Shown here: piece by piece, positions 12,552 through 24,725 of the stretch
Position numbering within the stretch: the stretch's first letter is position 1
How the letters are laid out: every line of letters starts with the position of its first letter
DNA from: Octopus sinensis
Taxonomy: Eukaryota
DNA length: 64,000 nucleotides
Direction: 5' to 3'
Assembly (NCBI RefSeq): GCF_006345805.1
Contig: NC_042999.1
Location: 83,514,001 to 83,578,000, forward strand
The notes under the pieces: generated by a model
What the model saw: only the letters and a program-made list of their open reading frames with translations
What the model was told of the DNA's origin: nothing
Database searches by the model: none
Position numbers and translations under genes: made by a program

Positions 12552-12675
12552 ATGCATGTACGTATATGTAAAATATGCATGTATGTATACAGTCATATAG
12601 ATGTATACACATACGTACTCATACATGTATCTTTACATATACATTAGTAAAGATATAACAACTTCACTATGTAAA
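12057..12675. repeat. ~170-bp direct duplication (12057-12231 / 12511-12675)
   Basis: Near-identical CACGAACGATTATA...CACTATGTAAA copies that differ mainly in microsatellite length. Confidence 0.9.
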
Positions 12676-12732
<57 letters not shown>

Positions 12733-13526
12733 GCGAGGAAGAGAGAGAGAGAGAGAGAGCGAGGTTCAAAACCATATGTTAGCAGTACTTTAATTTAGGG
12801 TGTATATATAATTTTCAGAGGTTAGTACCTGTTCACGATCGAAATATTATTAGTCGTTTTTCTACGAGAAACTGTCACTTAACGTCCCTGTTGATATGAA
12901 CATTTTCTGATTTCAATTATTATTTGATATTTTCCTGCAGGATACTGATGTCATATAGCTGAACTTTCACAACAAATCTATAAAGTGCTGGTCTCTTGCT
13001 AATTCTCCAAAGTATTTTTCTTTTTCAATTTTTCTGCATGTGATATATCATAATTATTTAAGAGAATTGCTGGCGTTTCAGTCTCAATATCTTATAGTGC
13101 TTAATAAAAGATTCAGCTTAATTCTGAATTCAAGATTTGTATTCTATTTTCTTATTTCTAAACCCATTTTAATGGGGTTGACTTGGAATTTTAACTTACC
13201 ACAGGCAATAAAATAAATACTTGATACGTTCTGAGTTTAAATCGAACAGTTCTTTCGACTTTGTGGCAGTGTTAGCATGAATGAGTACCAGCTGCATCTT
13301 GGGATTCCCCTGGCTTTTCACCTTTTGAGAGTCGATAAAATAAATACCAGTCAAACACTGGGTCGATGTAATTGACTTATAGAAAGGGTTGTTGTTGTTG
13401 TTGTTGTTGTTCTTCTTCTTCTTCTTCTTCTTCTTCTTCTTCTTCTTCTTCTTCTTCTTCTTCTTCTTCTTCTTCTTCTTCATAGCTGGTAGTAAATCTT
13501 TTCGTTTGTTAATATGGTCAAAAGTT

Positions 13527-14084
13527 AAGGCGGTGAGCTGGCAGAAACGTTAGCACGCCGGACGAAACGCATAGCGGTATTTCGTCTGGCGTTACGTTCT
13601 GTGTTCAAATTCGGCCGTGGTCGACTTTGCCTTTCATCCTTTCGGGGTCGATAAATTAAGCACCAGTTACGCACTGGGGTCGATGTAATCGATTTAATAC
13701 CTCTGTCTGTCCTTATTTGTCCCCTCTATGGGTAATAAAGAAATAGGTATTTCGTCTGCCGTTACGTTCTGAGTTCAAATTCTGCCGAGGTCGACTTTGC
13801 CTTTCATCCTTTCGGGGTCGATACATTAAGTACCAGTTACGTACTGGAGTTGATATTATCGACTTAATCCGTTTGTCTGTCCTCTCTGTGTTTAGCCCCT
13901 TGTGGGTAGTAAAGAAATAGGTATTTCGACTGCCGCTGCGTTCTGAGTTCAAATTCTGCCGAGGTAGACTTTACCTTTTATCCTTTCCGGGTCCATAAAT
14001 TAAGTACCAGTTACGTACTGGGGTCAATCTCATCGACTGGTCCCCTTCCCCAAAATTTCGGGCCTTGTGCCTAGAGTAGAAAAG
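13527..14084 (+). mobile_element. tRNA-derived SINE family A, trimeric, with 16-bp TSD
   Basis: One head (AAGGCGGTGAGCTGGCAG) plus three body units, each with B-box-like GTTCAAATTC. The TSD AATATG(G/T)TCAAAAGTT is at 13511-13526 and 14085-14100. Confidence 0.9.
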
Positions 14085-15249
14085 AATATGTTCAAAAGTT
14101 GTTAATTGTTAAAATTTGATTATATAACATTTGTTAAGCCCACCAGAATACGGGGGCTAATTGGGATTTTTTCCCTTTCAACTGTAGATCGATCGGTAGA
14201 AATAACTTTGAAGATATATAGACTCTTCTCAACAACACTTAGAGTAAAAGATGTTTTATATGACACATTTGACCAGTGTCCGAAATATGAAAGTGTTTGG
14301 TTACAAAAAATTAATTTCTCGATCTGCTGTTGAAAGGCTTGATTTTGATTCTCGCACATTTTGGGGCTGAAATTTGTTAAAAGATTCTCAAACTTTGTTT
14401 GAGAAAGCTATTTTTTACAAATATGATGTTGGCTACTAGAGTCGTCTAACTGAAAAGATATGTAGGAGTTGACTCGTAAAAACAAGTGCAACAGGTGTCA
14501 AGGGTCATCGCTTTCACTTGCACATGGAAGAGAAGGCGTGCGCTTTTCAAGTGTTGAAAGCTTGAAGTCCAAATAATTGCAGCACTGCTACTGCGGCAAA
14601 ACACAGCAAGTAGTAGTAGTAAGAAGAACAAGAACAACAACAGCAACAACAACAACGGTATGCAACAAAAAGTAGCAATAGAAACTGCTAGAATAAAGAA
14701 CAAGAATAACAGCACTTGTACTAATATCAACAATAGCAAAAACTACAATAATTGCAGCACAGACTGTTCAGTAGTAACACCATCATCATCAACAAAAAAT
14801 TCGTAAAATGTAGCAACTGAGGTGGCGGGAAAATAATGACTGCAACAAATTAAGCACCACCTTGTGGATATCTCGATCTAGCACTCACTCTTCACCTGCC
14901 GCTACTTCTCCCCGCCTTATGCATGTACAAACACAGACGTACATACAAAAAGAAAGGGGGAAAAAAACAACCAAACAAACAAAACAAAAAAATAAGGAAA
15001 AAATATGCAACTGGTCCCCAGCCGAGTTGGAGTCTTTAGATCATACTTCAAGTAAGATGCGGTGATGGCAAAAAAAGCCAAATACTGAGAAAAAATATCT
15101 TAAGGGAAAAGCAAAACACAAAATAAAACCAATTCCACTCCGACCCTAAACAACGCTACAAATACACCACTTGCAACAAAAGGAAAACATTCAATCGACT
15201 AAACCTCTCCTTAGGCACTGTGATAAATTTTAACCCATTATTTACACAG

Positions 15250-15445
15250 ATGGCGAGGTGTTAGAGCGTACAACGAAATGGTTTGCGCCATTTCTTCGAA
15301 ATTTTTATATTCCGAGTTCAAATTCCACCAAGGTCGATTTTGACTTTCATCCATTCGGGGTCGAAGAAGTAAGTATAAGTTGAGTACTGGCGTCGATGTA
15401 ATCAACTATCCACCCCACTAAAAAAGTACCGTGGTTGTGCCAGTA
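15250..15445 (+). mobile_element. SINE family A, degenerate
   Basis: GAGTTCAAATTCCACCAAGGTCGATTTTGACTTTCATCC matches the family A body. Confidence 0.75.
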
Positions 15446-16020
15446 GCAGGTAGGATTATTATTATTATTAGTATTAGTAGTAGTAGTAGTAGTGGTGGTG
15501 ATGGTGGTGGTGGTGGTTGTGGTGGTAGTAATAGTAACAATATTAGGAATAACAAAACCGAGTAGCAGAGGCAGTGTCAGCAATATTAGCTGTAATAGAA
15601 ACTTCAGCGTAAGTTTGGTGACCTTTGACTCCTGTGTTGTTTATCTTTTCATTTATCTACTCGGTGTTGCCAATTTAGCATAGGGTCATAACCAACACAT
15701 AATCTTCCAGCTCCATACGTCATTCTCAAGAATTGAATTAATATAATGCCCAAGAAAATACACTCCTTCTATCCCGTTCCCTCTCTTAAACTCCCTTTTA
15801 TATACTTTCTGCTTCTGCAATCCTCTCCCTTACCTAGGCAATTCCTGCTTTCCCCAGTTTTTTTTTTCATCTAGTAATCTTTATTCATTTATTTTTCATT
15901 TATTTTTCACTTATTTTTTTCCCATTGATTTTCATTGCATTTTTCCCCTTTCATTTTGAATATCATATATTTATTTTATCTAGTTTCAGCTCACGAGCTG
16001 TGGCCATACTGGGGCACCAC

Positions 16021-16086
<66 letters not shown>

Positions 16087-16108
<22 letters not shown>

Positions 16109-16860
16109 ATATAGGATGAAGCTTTTTTACTGAAAAAAATTTCATCAGAAAATGTGGCAGCATATTAAAATACCTTTATGGTTAAAATTATAAACAACTT
16201 ATAAACAAGGTCTAAAGAAAATTATTTCAATGCTAATATGCTGATAACAGACTTTTAAATCGTCAATTTCCACATATTATTTACTCGCTACAGAAAACAC
16301 GTAGAGCTGAAATCGAGGAAAGCTGGCCAAAATATTTTTTTAAAGAGTTCATTATTTCTATATTGAATCAATTTCGGAATTAATCTCATAATAGATGTTT
16401 TCCTCTTCAGTAGAAAATACAAAAAGACATAAATGAAATACTTACAAGCGCCCATGGAAAAAAGCCGAAGCAAAAATCATGAGTACATATAAGTACCCCA
16501 GATATATCTAAATATAAAATCTTTCGGTCAGCCTCAGCACACGTGTGAACTGTTCCCCACTACAGCTTATAGTGGTTACCAGTCCCTATAGCGAATAGTA
16601 ATAAGTCTACTACTAATATAGGTTGAAGCTTTTTTACAGAAAAAAATTTCATCAAAAAGTGTGGCAGCATATTAAAATACCTTTAAGGTTAAAATGATAA
16701 ACAACTTATAAACAAGGGCTAAAGAAAATTATTTCAATGCCAATATGCTCATAACAGACTTTTAAATCGTCAATTTCCTCATATTATTTACTCGACTTAA
16801 AAGTCTGTTATCAGCATATTGGCATTGAAATAATTTTCTTTAGCCCTTGTTTATAAGTTG
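16087..16860. repeat. Tandem repeat (period ~520 bp) ending in a 64-bp foldback
   Basis: 16087-16286 is repeated at 16608-16794. 16797-16860 is the reverse complement of 16702-16765. Confidence 0.85.
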
Positions 16861-16878
16861 TATATATATATATATATA

Positions 16879-16930
<52 letters not shown>

Positions 16931-16933
<3 letters not shown>

Positions 16934-17346
16934 CCAGGATTGGCCGTGTGATATGTAGCTTGCTTACCAACCACATGGCTCTGGGTTCAGTCCCATTGCG
17001 TAGCACCTTGGGCAAGTGATTTCTACTATAGCCTCGGGCCGACCAAAGCCTTGTGAGTGGATTTGGTAGATGGAACCTGAAAGAAGCCCGTTGTATATGT
17101 ATGTATATATATATATATATAATATATATATATATATATAAGTTTGTGTTTGTACCTCCACACCACCATCGCTTGACTAGCGATGCTAATGTGTTTACGT
17201 CCCCGTCATCTAGCGATTCGGCAAAAACCCGATAGAATAAGTACTAGGCTTACAAAGAATAAATCCTGGGGCCGATTTGTTCGACTAAAGACGGTGCTCC
17301 AGCATGGCCAGAGTCAAATGACAAACAAATAAAAGAATAAAAGAGA
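16931..17346 (+). mobile_element. tRNA-derived SINE family B with central (TA)n
   Basis: Head GGGTTCAGTCCCATTGCGTAGCACCTTGGGCAAG; tail GGTGCTCCAGCATGGCC...AAAAGA. Confidence 0.85.
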
Positions 17347-17471
17347 ATAATATATATATATAGCAACCTATGTTACAGCTGTTAATATCCTCATTTAAAA
17401 AATATACCGTAGATGATATTAAGAATAGTGACATCTTCGAGCGTAAACATGCAAGGTTATGCATGTCACAT

Positions 17472-17605
17472 GATCACCATGTCACATACATATGGTTGTG
17501 ATGCATGTGTCTAGTGTACCCTTATCAGACGGGTGGTAATAATGGATATTATGAGCTTCGTATATTTTACCCCAGTTTCACTTTGATGTCACTGCTCTGT
17601 CACTC
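17472..17605 (+). mobile_element. Short right-end fragment of the (AAT)n-tailed repeat
   Basis: Matches 18093-18227 and is followed by (AAT)n. Confidence 0.8.
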
Positions 17606-17657
<52 letters not shown>

Positions 17658-17674
17658 GTAATAATGATAATAAA

Positions 17675-18227
17675 TGCCCTGATGCAGCACCAGACAGCGG
17701 CTCTCGTGGCTTCTGTTCTTAACTGATTGGAAGTGTTATTATGTACATTGTTTTGTCTTAGTATAAAAGATGGGCTACAGCAAATATTCTGTTCAATACC
17801 ACAGATTTGCTTGTCTGTTGTTTGACCTTAACCAGTTGAGCATGTTCCTTAGTAGCTGACGATATGTGCAATCTCTGATCACAAGCAGAAGTTGGGTGGG
17901 GAGCATCATAGCCGTGTGTTGAAAGGAATTCTAAGAGGTTTGAATAATTAACTTTTGGAAACATGGGTAGTTTGTTCAACATCCTTAAACAATCCTTATT
18001 CAGAGACCTTTTGAGCGGGATGGGCTACTCGACCAGAAGAAAATTCTAACTGGGCCCCACCTGCAAGGTCATACGCTGTTTATCTTGATATGAGATCGCC
18101 ATGTCACGCACATATGGTTGTGATGCATGTGCCTGGTGTACCCTTATCAGACGGGTAGTCGTGGTGGGTATACTGGGCTTCGTATATTTTACCCCAGTGT
18201 CACTTTGATGTCACTGCTCTCTCACTC
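17675..18227 (+). mobile_element. Longest copy (~553 bp) of the non-coding repeat, embedded in (AAT)n
   Basis: (AAT)n on both sides; two shorter copies share the same right end. Confidence 0.8.
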
Positions 18228-18270
<43 letters not shown>

Positions 18271-18273
<3 letters not shown>

Positions 18274-18450
18274 TCTAATATAGTCACAAGGCCTGGAATT
18301 TGTGGGAAGGGAGATACTTGACTGATTCTAATTTTAGGATGAAAGGCAAAGTCGACTACGGCGGAATTTGAACTCAGAACGTAGCGACGTTCGAAGTAGC
18401 GCTAAGCGTTTCGTCCAGCGTGCTAACGATTCTGCCAGCTTACTGCCTTA
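18271..18450 (-). mobile_element. SINE family A, internally deleted
   Basis: Reverse complement of the family A head and body. Confidence 0.8.
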
Positions 18451-18462
18451 ATAATAATAATA

Positions 18463-18810
18463 ATATTGTTATATTTCGGAATGGTCATTTTGCCAGTTTA
18501 GCCAATAAAAACACACGCACTATATATTTGGTGTTATTTTGCTTCAGTGTTATTTATTTTTTACATTAATCTTAATCTTATTTCGGCCAGAGTTCTTTCG
18601 TCACACTCCTGTGACCGCATCAGTGGCCCTTTGTTTTCTTCTTTCTTATTTGTGTCTCTCCTTACTAACCGTCAGCCATTTTGTATTTCTATAAGATTAA
18701 GATTAATGTAAAAAATAAATAACACTGAAGCAAAATAAACACCAAATATTTAGTGCGTGTGTTTTTATTGGCTAAACTGGCAAAATGACCATTCCGAAAT
18801 ATAACAATAT
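18463..18810. mobile_element. Foldback/MITE-like element with ~120-bp inverted arms
   Basis: 18463-18581 is nearly the exact reverse complement of 18691-18810, around a ~109-bp spacer. Confidence 0.85.
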
Positions 18811-18865
18811 CTGTTTCAACACACGACTTCACATGAAAAAAATCTTGCACAACAAATATTTAAAC

Positions 18866-18910
<45 letters not shown>

Positions 18911-19417
18911 GAACAAATAAATAAATAAATATAATAAAGATTTGGTTTCGTGCCCATGTTAGCAATCATTAGTTTTATTATTTATTCCGAGTTATTCATT
19001 ATTTGTTATTATCGTTAGTATTTTGCCTGCTTTGGATATGACATCTTAGCGACTATATAATTACTTGTAGTTCTCAAACAGATCGTGTCATTTTATTTTT
19101 AATTAGGAAAAAAATATAAATAACAGCAGAGCATTAACAGCTTCTTTAAAGGTAAAAAAAGATGACCTGAATAAAGAATTGCAAAGGTGCTGAGAAATTT
19201 TCTGACAAGTATGTTTGTAACGTCTGTGTTTGCCTTAACAAATGATTTTAACTTGACACGTAAGATAAAGTTATAGCCGTTCGGAATGTCACATTTATGA
19301 CAGATGTCAACTATTGGCTGATGGTATGAAATATTGCCAATGATCCATCCATCCATCCATGCATATACATACATATATATATATTGATGTGTATATGTAC
19401 GCGCGTACAAATAATTA

Positions 19418-19780
19418 TGGTTGTATGGTAAGACGCCTGCTTTTCAACCGCATGGTTCCTGGTTCAGTCCCACTGCATGACACTTTAGGAAAGTGTCTTC
19501 TATTATAGCATGGGACCTACCAAGGCCGTGTGAGTGGAGTGGATATATCTATGTATGTGTGTTTCTGTGTCTGCGTTTGTCCCCCACCACCGCTTGACAG
19601 CCGGTGTTGGTGTGTTTACCTCCTCGTAAATTAGCGGTTCGGCAAAAAGAGATCAAAAAGAGATCAATAGAATAAGTACTAGGTTTCAAAAAATAAGTCC
19701 AGGGTCGATTTTTTCGACTAAAACCCTTCAAGTCGCACCCCATCATGGCTGCATTCGAATGACTGAAACAAGTAAAAGAA
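19418..19780 (+). mobile_element. SINE family B
   Basis: Same head, central low-complexity segment and tail as 16931-17346. Confidence 0.8.
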
Positions 19781-19861
19781 AAAAATGAAAGATATGTATG
19801 TATGTATATCTGTCTATCTATATATATATATATGTATATATGTAGTGCAAATCAAACATAA

Positions 19862-19990
19862 AAATAAAAACAACAAAAGACAAAAGACGTTCACAGTGAA
19901 TGTAATAAGCTGACGCTCACTTTAAGATGGAAAAAAAGTGCGGTTGTTACGTTTCGACCATGGCTCTTCGTCGGAAAAAGGTAAGGTCCG
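19862..19990 (-). mobile_element. Penelope-like terminal fragment with decayed hammerhead motif
   Basis: Minus strand reads CCGACGA-A-GAGCCATGGTC-GAAAC-GTA at ~19944-19980. Confidence 0.45.
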
Positions 19991-20859
19991 GAGAGAAGGG
20001 TAAGAATAGTCCGAGAAAAGCACGTGTTGTTGCATGCCTGAAGGCACGTACACACACACATACATACAGGTAATATATATTCTTGTGTCATCTGTGGCAA
20101 ATATGTGATCTAGTTTGCAGTATTTATTATATCTCTAAATGAGCCTACTTTGACACTTATAATGAAACGCTTCTTCAAGAATTACCCACCAATCTTAAAG
20201 TATAGTGAGTGTAGAAGTATATTCTTTGTGATTTTTCGTTAGAATACTGCATTTCTTTTTCTAATAGATTTAGTTCTTATAATTAGTAGATCATTTCATC
20301 CTTTCGGGGTCGATAAATTAAGTATCAGTGAAACACTGGGATCGATGTAATCGACTTGCCCTCTCCGAAGAAATCTGAGGCCTTGTGCCTCCAGTAGAAA
20401 GGATTATTAGTACGACCACATTAACAGTCAATCTCGGTTACTACATTGTTATTCTGCTTCAAAGTGTAATGAACAACAGATTTTTACATCTTTTTCTTCC
20501 TCGAATTATTGGATAGTTTTTGCCAATTTAGAAGCTATGCGCTTATTTTTAAACCATATTTTTGCTGTAAGTAAAAAATAAAAATAAAAATAAATGAAAT
20601 AAAAAAAAACTCACATATTCTCCCAACGAAATGCGAGACAGGAGTTCAAAATCCAACAAGTTATTTTACATTTACATATGTTATTAATGCGTTTAAGAAG
20701 GGGAATGATTAATGAAAGATATGACATCCTAGTCTTCTCCCAATTATAACATAAACACCACTTTTTAAATTAAAAGCAACCAATGATGTTCTTTTCATTT
20801 CTTCTGATCAACATAAACCAGAAAATAACCCCTGAACGCTTAAAAGTGTTATTCCATTT

Positions 20860-21406
20860 CGACCCTTGTTTACGTTTGCTTACCCCTCCCCTAAGTCAAA
20901 AAAGAAAAAGAAGAGGGAAACAATATAGGATTTATATGTTGCTTAGCGACGAACTGTTAAGGGATTCGGCGGAATGGAACATAAAGTGTAGTGGAACTAA
21001 AGGGTATGATAACGTGGAGGAACATCACTTGTGTGTAATACCAGATAAGAAGCAGGAGGGAAAATACAAGAGTATATGGTTGGATTTTATTGTTGGGAGG
21101 TAGACTGCAGCTGGAGGTCATTCCCAGACTTTACTACGTACGATAGGTGGTTAGAGGAAACAGGTATCGATGTGTTGGAAGGTTCAGGATTTAAAAAGTA
21201 GAAAATGAGGCCACTCGTAAGTGGGGTGAGTGGTTCCATTTCCATTTTTCATATTCATGTCTTCATACATTATAATATTCATTTCTATTTTTTTATATAT
21301 GTTTTATGTCCCACATGTTTTGTTTTGCCACCTCTATGTTAGCCCGCATGGGTAATAAAAAAACAGATCCTTGTTTTCGTTTCCTTATATTCTTCCGAAA
21401 AAAAAA
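20860..21406 (+). mobile_element. 3' end of the ORF1-like element: C-terminal domain, 3' UTR, A9 tail
   Basis: DELLRDSAEW...EHHLCVI resembles DELIERVTEW...EHTCLLI of ORF 619-1029. The 3' UTR shares the block ATGTCCC...ATGGGTAATAAA with 290-500 (minus). AATAAA at 21354-21359; A9 at 21398-21406. Confidence 0.6.
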
Positions 21407-21679
21407 GGATCATTATTTAGTATCTCCCTATCTATTTTAGGATACAAAATATTGTAGAGCAAATTAAACGTATATTCCATATTTGATTATGCTAATCTTA
21501 AGGCAGCCATTTAAATCTACATACATTGATTTTGCATTTCCCAAAATTTGAAGAATCTTTTTATCTTACATTAATACTCAAAAATATGACTTTCGAAATG
21601 AAGGATTAAAATATTTTAGGAGAAACTGATGGAGAATCAAAACGAAAGCAATAATTCCTGCTTTTTGCTACATTATATA

Positions 21680-22200
21680 GCGTTAAAGCGGCAAGCAGGT
21701 AGATTCGTGAGCAGCATTACGTCCGTCTTTACGTTCAAAATTCTGCCGAGGTCGACTTTGCCTTTCATCTTTTACAGAATCGATAAAATAAGTACCAGTC
21801 ATGCGCTGAGGTCAATGTTATCGGCTTATCTTCCACCCCACCAAATTCAGGCCTCGTGCATATAACAGAAAGAATTATATTGTTGAGCGTTAAGGCGGCG
21901 GGCTGGCAAAATTGTTAGCATGGCCGAATGCTTTGCGCCAACTCTTTCATCCTTTTGGGGTCGATAAAATAAGTACGACTTACGCACTGGGGTTGATGCC
22001 ATTGACTAGCTCCCTCCGCAAAATTTCAGGGCTTGTGGTTATAGTAGAAAGGATAATATCTTAGAGTACTGAGCTGGCAGAATATTCAGAGTATTGAAAC
22101 ATGTGTAGTATTTGTTCTGGCGCTCTATGTTCCGGGTTCACATCCTGCTGAGGTCAACTTCACCTTTTACCCCTTTGCGTGTGTTGGAGTTAGTTGATCT
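21680..22200 (+). mobile_element. Three adjacent degenerate family A SINEs
   Basis: Repeated head and B-box-like segments starting near 21680, 21892 and 22066. Confidence 0.75.
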
Positions 22201-23229
22201 CGGCAATTATCTAGTAACCTATTTTATGAAGCTCGAAATGATACATTGCCCACCGCGTAATTCGAGCTCGGAAAGCAAAGAACTGAAACAAATACCCTAT
22301 AGTCTTGTTCCTCATAACAAGACTATTAATCTTAATGCTTTAACAAAGAAGCACAGAAACAATGTGTCGATGTTGTGTATCTCAGATTCAGAAGACTTAT
22401 GATCAAAGAATTTTTTCAGCAGTAACAATTTACTTTTCGTTTTGTATATCTGGGATTACGTTGTCCAGTATGTTTTACCTATGTTAAAACGGTAGGGTGT
22501 AGCGTCTGGGAATTTGACTGCTACCTCTAGAAAATTTGAGCGACCACATCGAGACTTCTTCGTTGGCTCAATGAGGATGATATATTTTTTATTGATGTAC
22601 AAATATAGTGAAATATATCCAATAACTATATTATTGATAGTTTTTCATTTTTATCACTTTATCGTTTTATCGAATCCGAAAATATGAAGCGGAATTGTTG
22701 ACACTGGTAAGATTTGAACTTTGAACATTAAAAAACGGAAACACAAACACAAAATATATATGCTATGGCAAATATACTATAAATCCTTTAGTCTGGTGAT
22801 ACATCGATTCCGCCAACTTACTGTTATCATTATAATTTCCTTTGACGAAGCACCAGGCAAATGTTTGCAATGAAGAGCTTTAGTCGATTGAATCTACTCA
22901 AAATGTATAACTGGCAATTATTTTACCGATGAACAGAACAGAGTGGGTACACAACTTTTAGGGTCTTTTAATCATAGATATGAAGGAAAAATACTGAATA
23001 ATTCAATAATGAATTTACAGAGACTTTACTGTTTCTGATTCCCCTATTTAGCGACAGAAGCAGTCTTTATCTCCAGCTTAACTTAGATGTGTTAAAACAC
23101 AGACTAATAGATTGTTTACCTTGAGAGGACCTCCCATATAGACCCGTGATGTGTAAAAGCATTTGTATTTATATTGTTGACGGGACGGGAACTGTCTGCT
23201 ACGGCCGCAGGAACTGCTGATTATATATA

Positions 23230-23265
<36 letters not shown>

Positions 23266-24673
23266 AAAATACAGTGTACATTTAAACACACGAGGAATCC
23301 ACTCGTGGGATTCAACACGCTAGAAAGCACAGCTAGGTTCTATAACCACAAAAATTAGGGATAAAATTCGACAGGAACGAAATGAAAAATAAAAGCATTT
23401 TACCATCTAGTTTCCTGGACCAATTGGTTTCTGATTTTAGTTTAGCAAGTAAATGAATCACATATACTCGCTAGGTGAAATCGTCTTCAGCATGAACACC
23501 TAGGGTTATACCTATAAACACGAGGTGATCAAATTATGTGCCTCTTGAGAGAGAGAGAGAGAGAGAGGGGGTGGGGAGGGAGGGAAGTTAGTAAGAAATC
23601 TCCTTCGTTTCCAGTTACTCAGTGAATTTGCGTGTAAGAATGTGAAGATTCTACAGTTGTACGTGTATCCTTAACACAGTTCTCAAACATAAAGCGCTTG
23701 TGACAAAATGTCAAAAGTTTGAAATTTCTGAATTATTTGTAAAATTCATCAATCAGGTTATCACAATTTTCGTCTACCTTCTCTGATGGCTTGGGTCGAC
23801 TCAAGCCAATGTTAAATGAAATAAATGCCTGAGGTGTAAGGCGATGGGATTGAGCCTAGAACCTTCTGATTGCAAAGCGAACTATTTAACCATGCTGCAT
23901 ACATTATCGTAGTATATTTCATTAAAAACACAATCGGTGATGTTAATGTCTCAGAGATGCCATTCGCATGAAATGCGCGATATGTAAAAGGCATAAGCTC
24001 AATGAATAATGTTGATTTTATAATTTCGTCAAGTATGGGTGAAAACTTCGACCTTGTTTTGGGCTTATTAGTCCTCCTCAGAGAAAAACTTAGAAACATT
24101 GATTGCTATAGTTTTCAGAGAAGTGGGATACAATATCCATTTCATTTTACTTACACAGTGCATGGTTTGAAATTCATGAAATCATACATCAAAAGAGCAT
24201 GTACAATATCAAGGGTGGTATTAGTGATTGTAAAGAGTCATGACATGGACAGGAAATGTTAACATGGTTTTGGATTTTGTAAAGTCACGTGTGTAATAAA
24301 TTTCAAAATCTATTCGAAAACACCAAGAAAAATTGTTGAGATAAAAACAAAAGCGGTGAAATAGGCAAAGTTGTCTGGACTTGTTTGCCTATTAAATGAA
24401 CACTAATTGTTGATGTAAATTGACGACAGAATTGTGAAAAATTAGCACATTAAAAAAATAGATTACAAAGATTAATTACTTAGAGAATTAGCTCGATGGT
24501 ATTACTAGTACTCGGAGTTGTTGGTGTTAGGAAGGGCATCCATCTGTAGAAACTTTAGTTGATCGGGTTGGAGCCTGGTGCAGCTTTCTGGCTTGCCAGC
24601 CCTTAGGCAAACCGTCCAACCCATGCCAACATGGAAAGCGGACGTTAAACGACGATTATTATTATTATTATTA

Positions 24674-24725
<52 letters not shown>

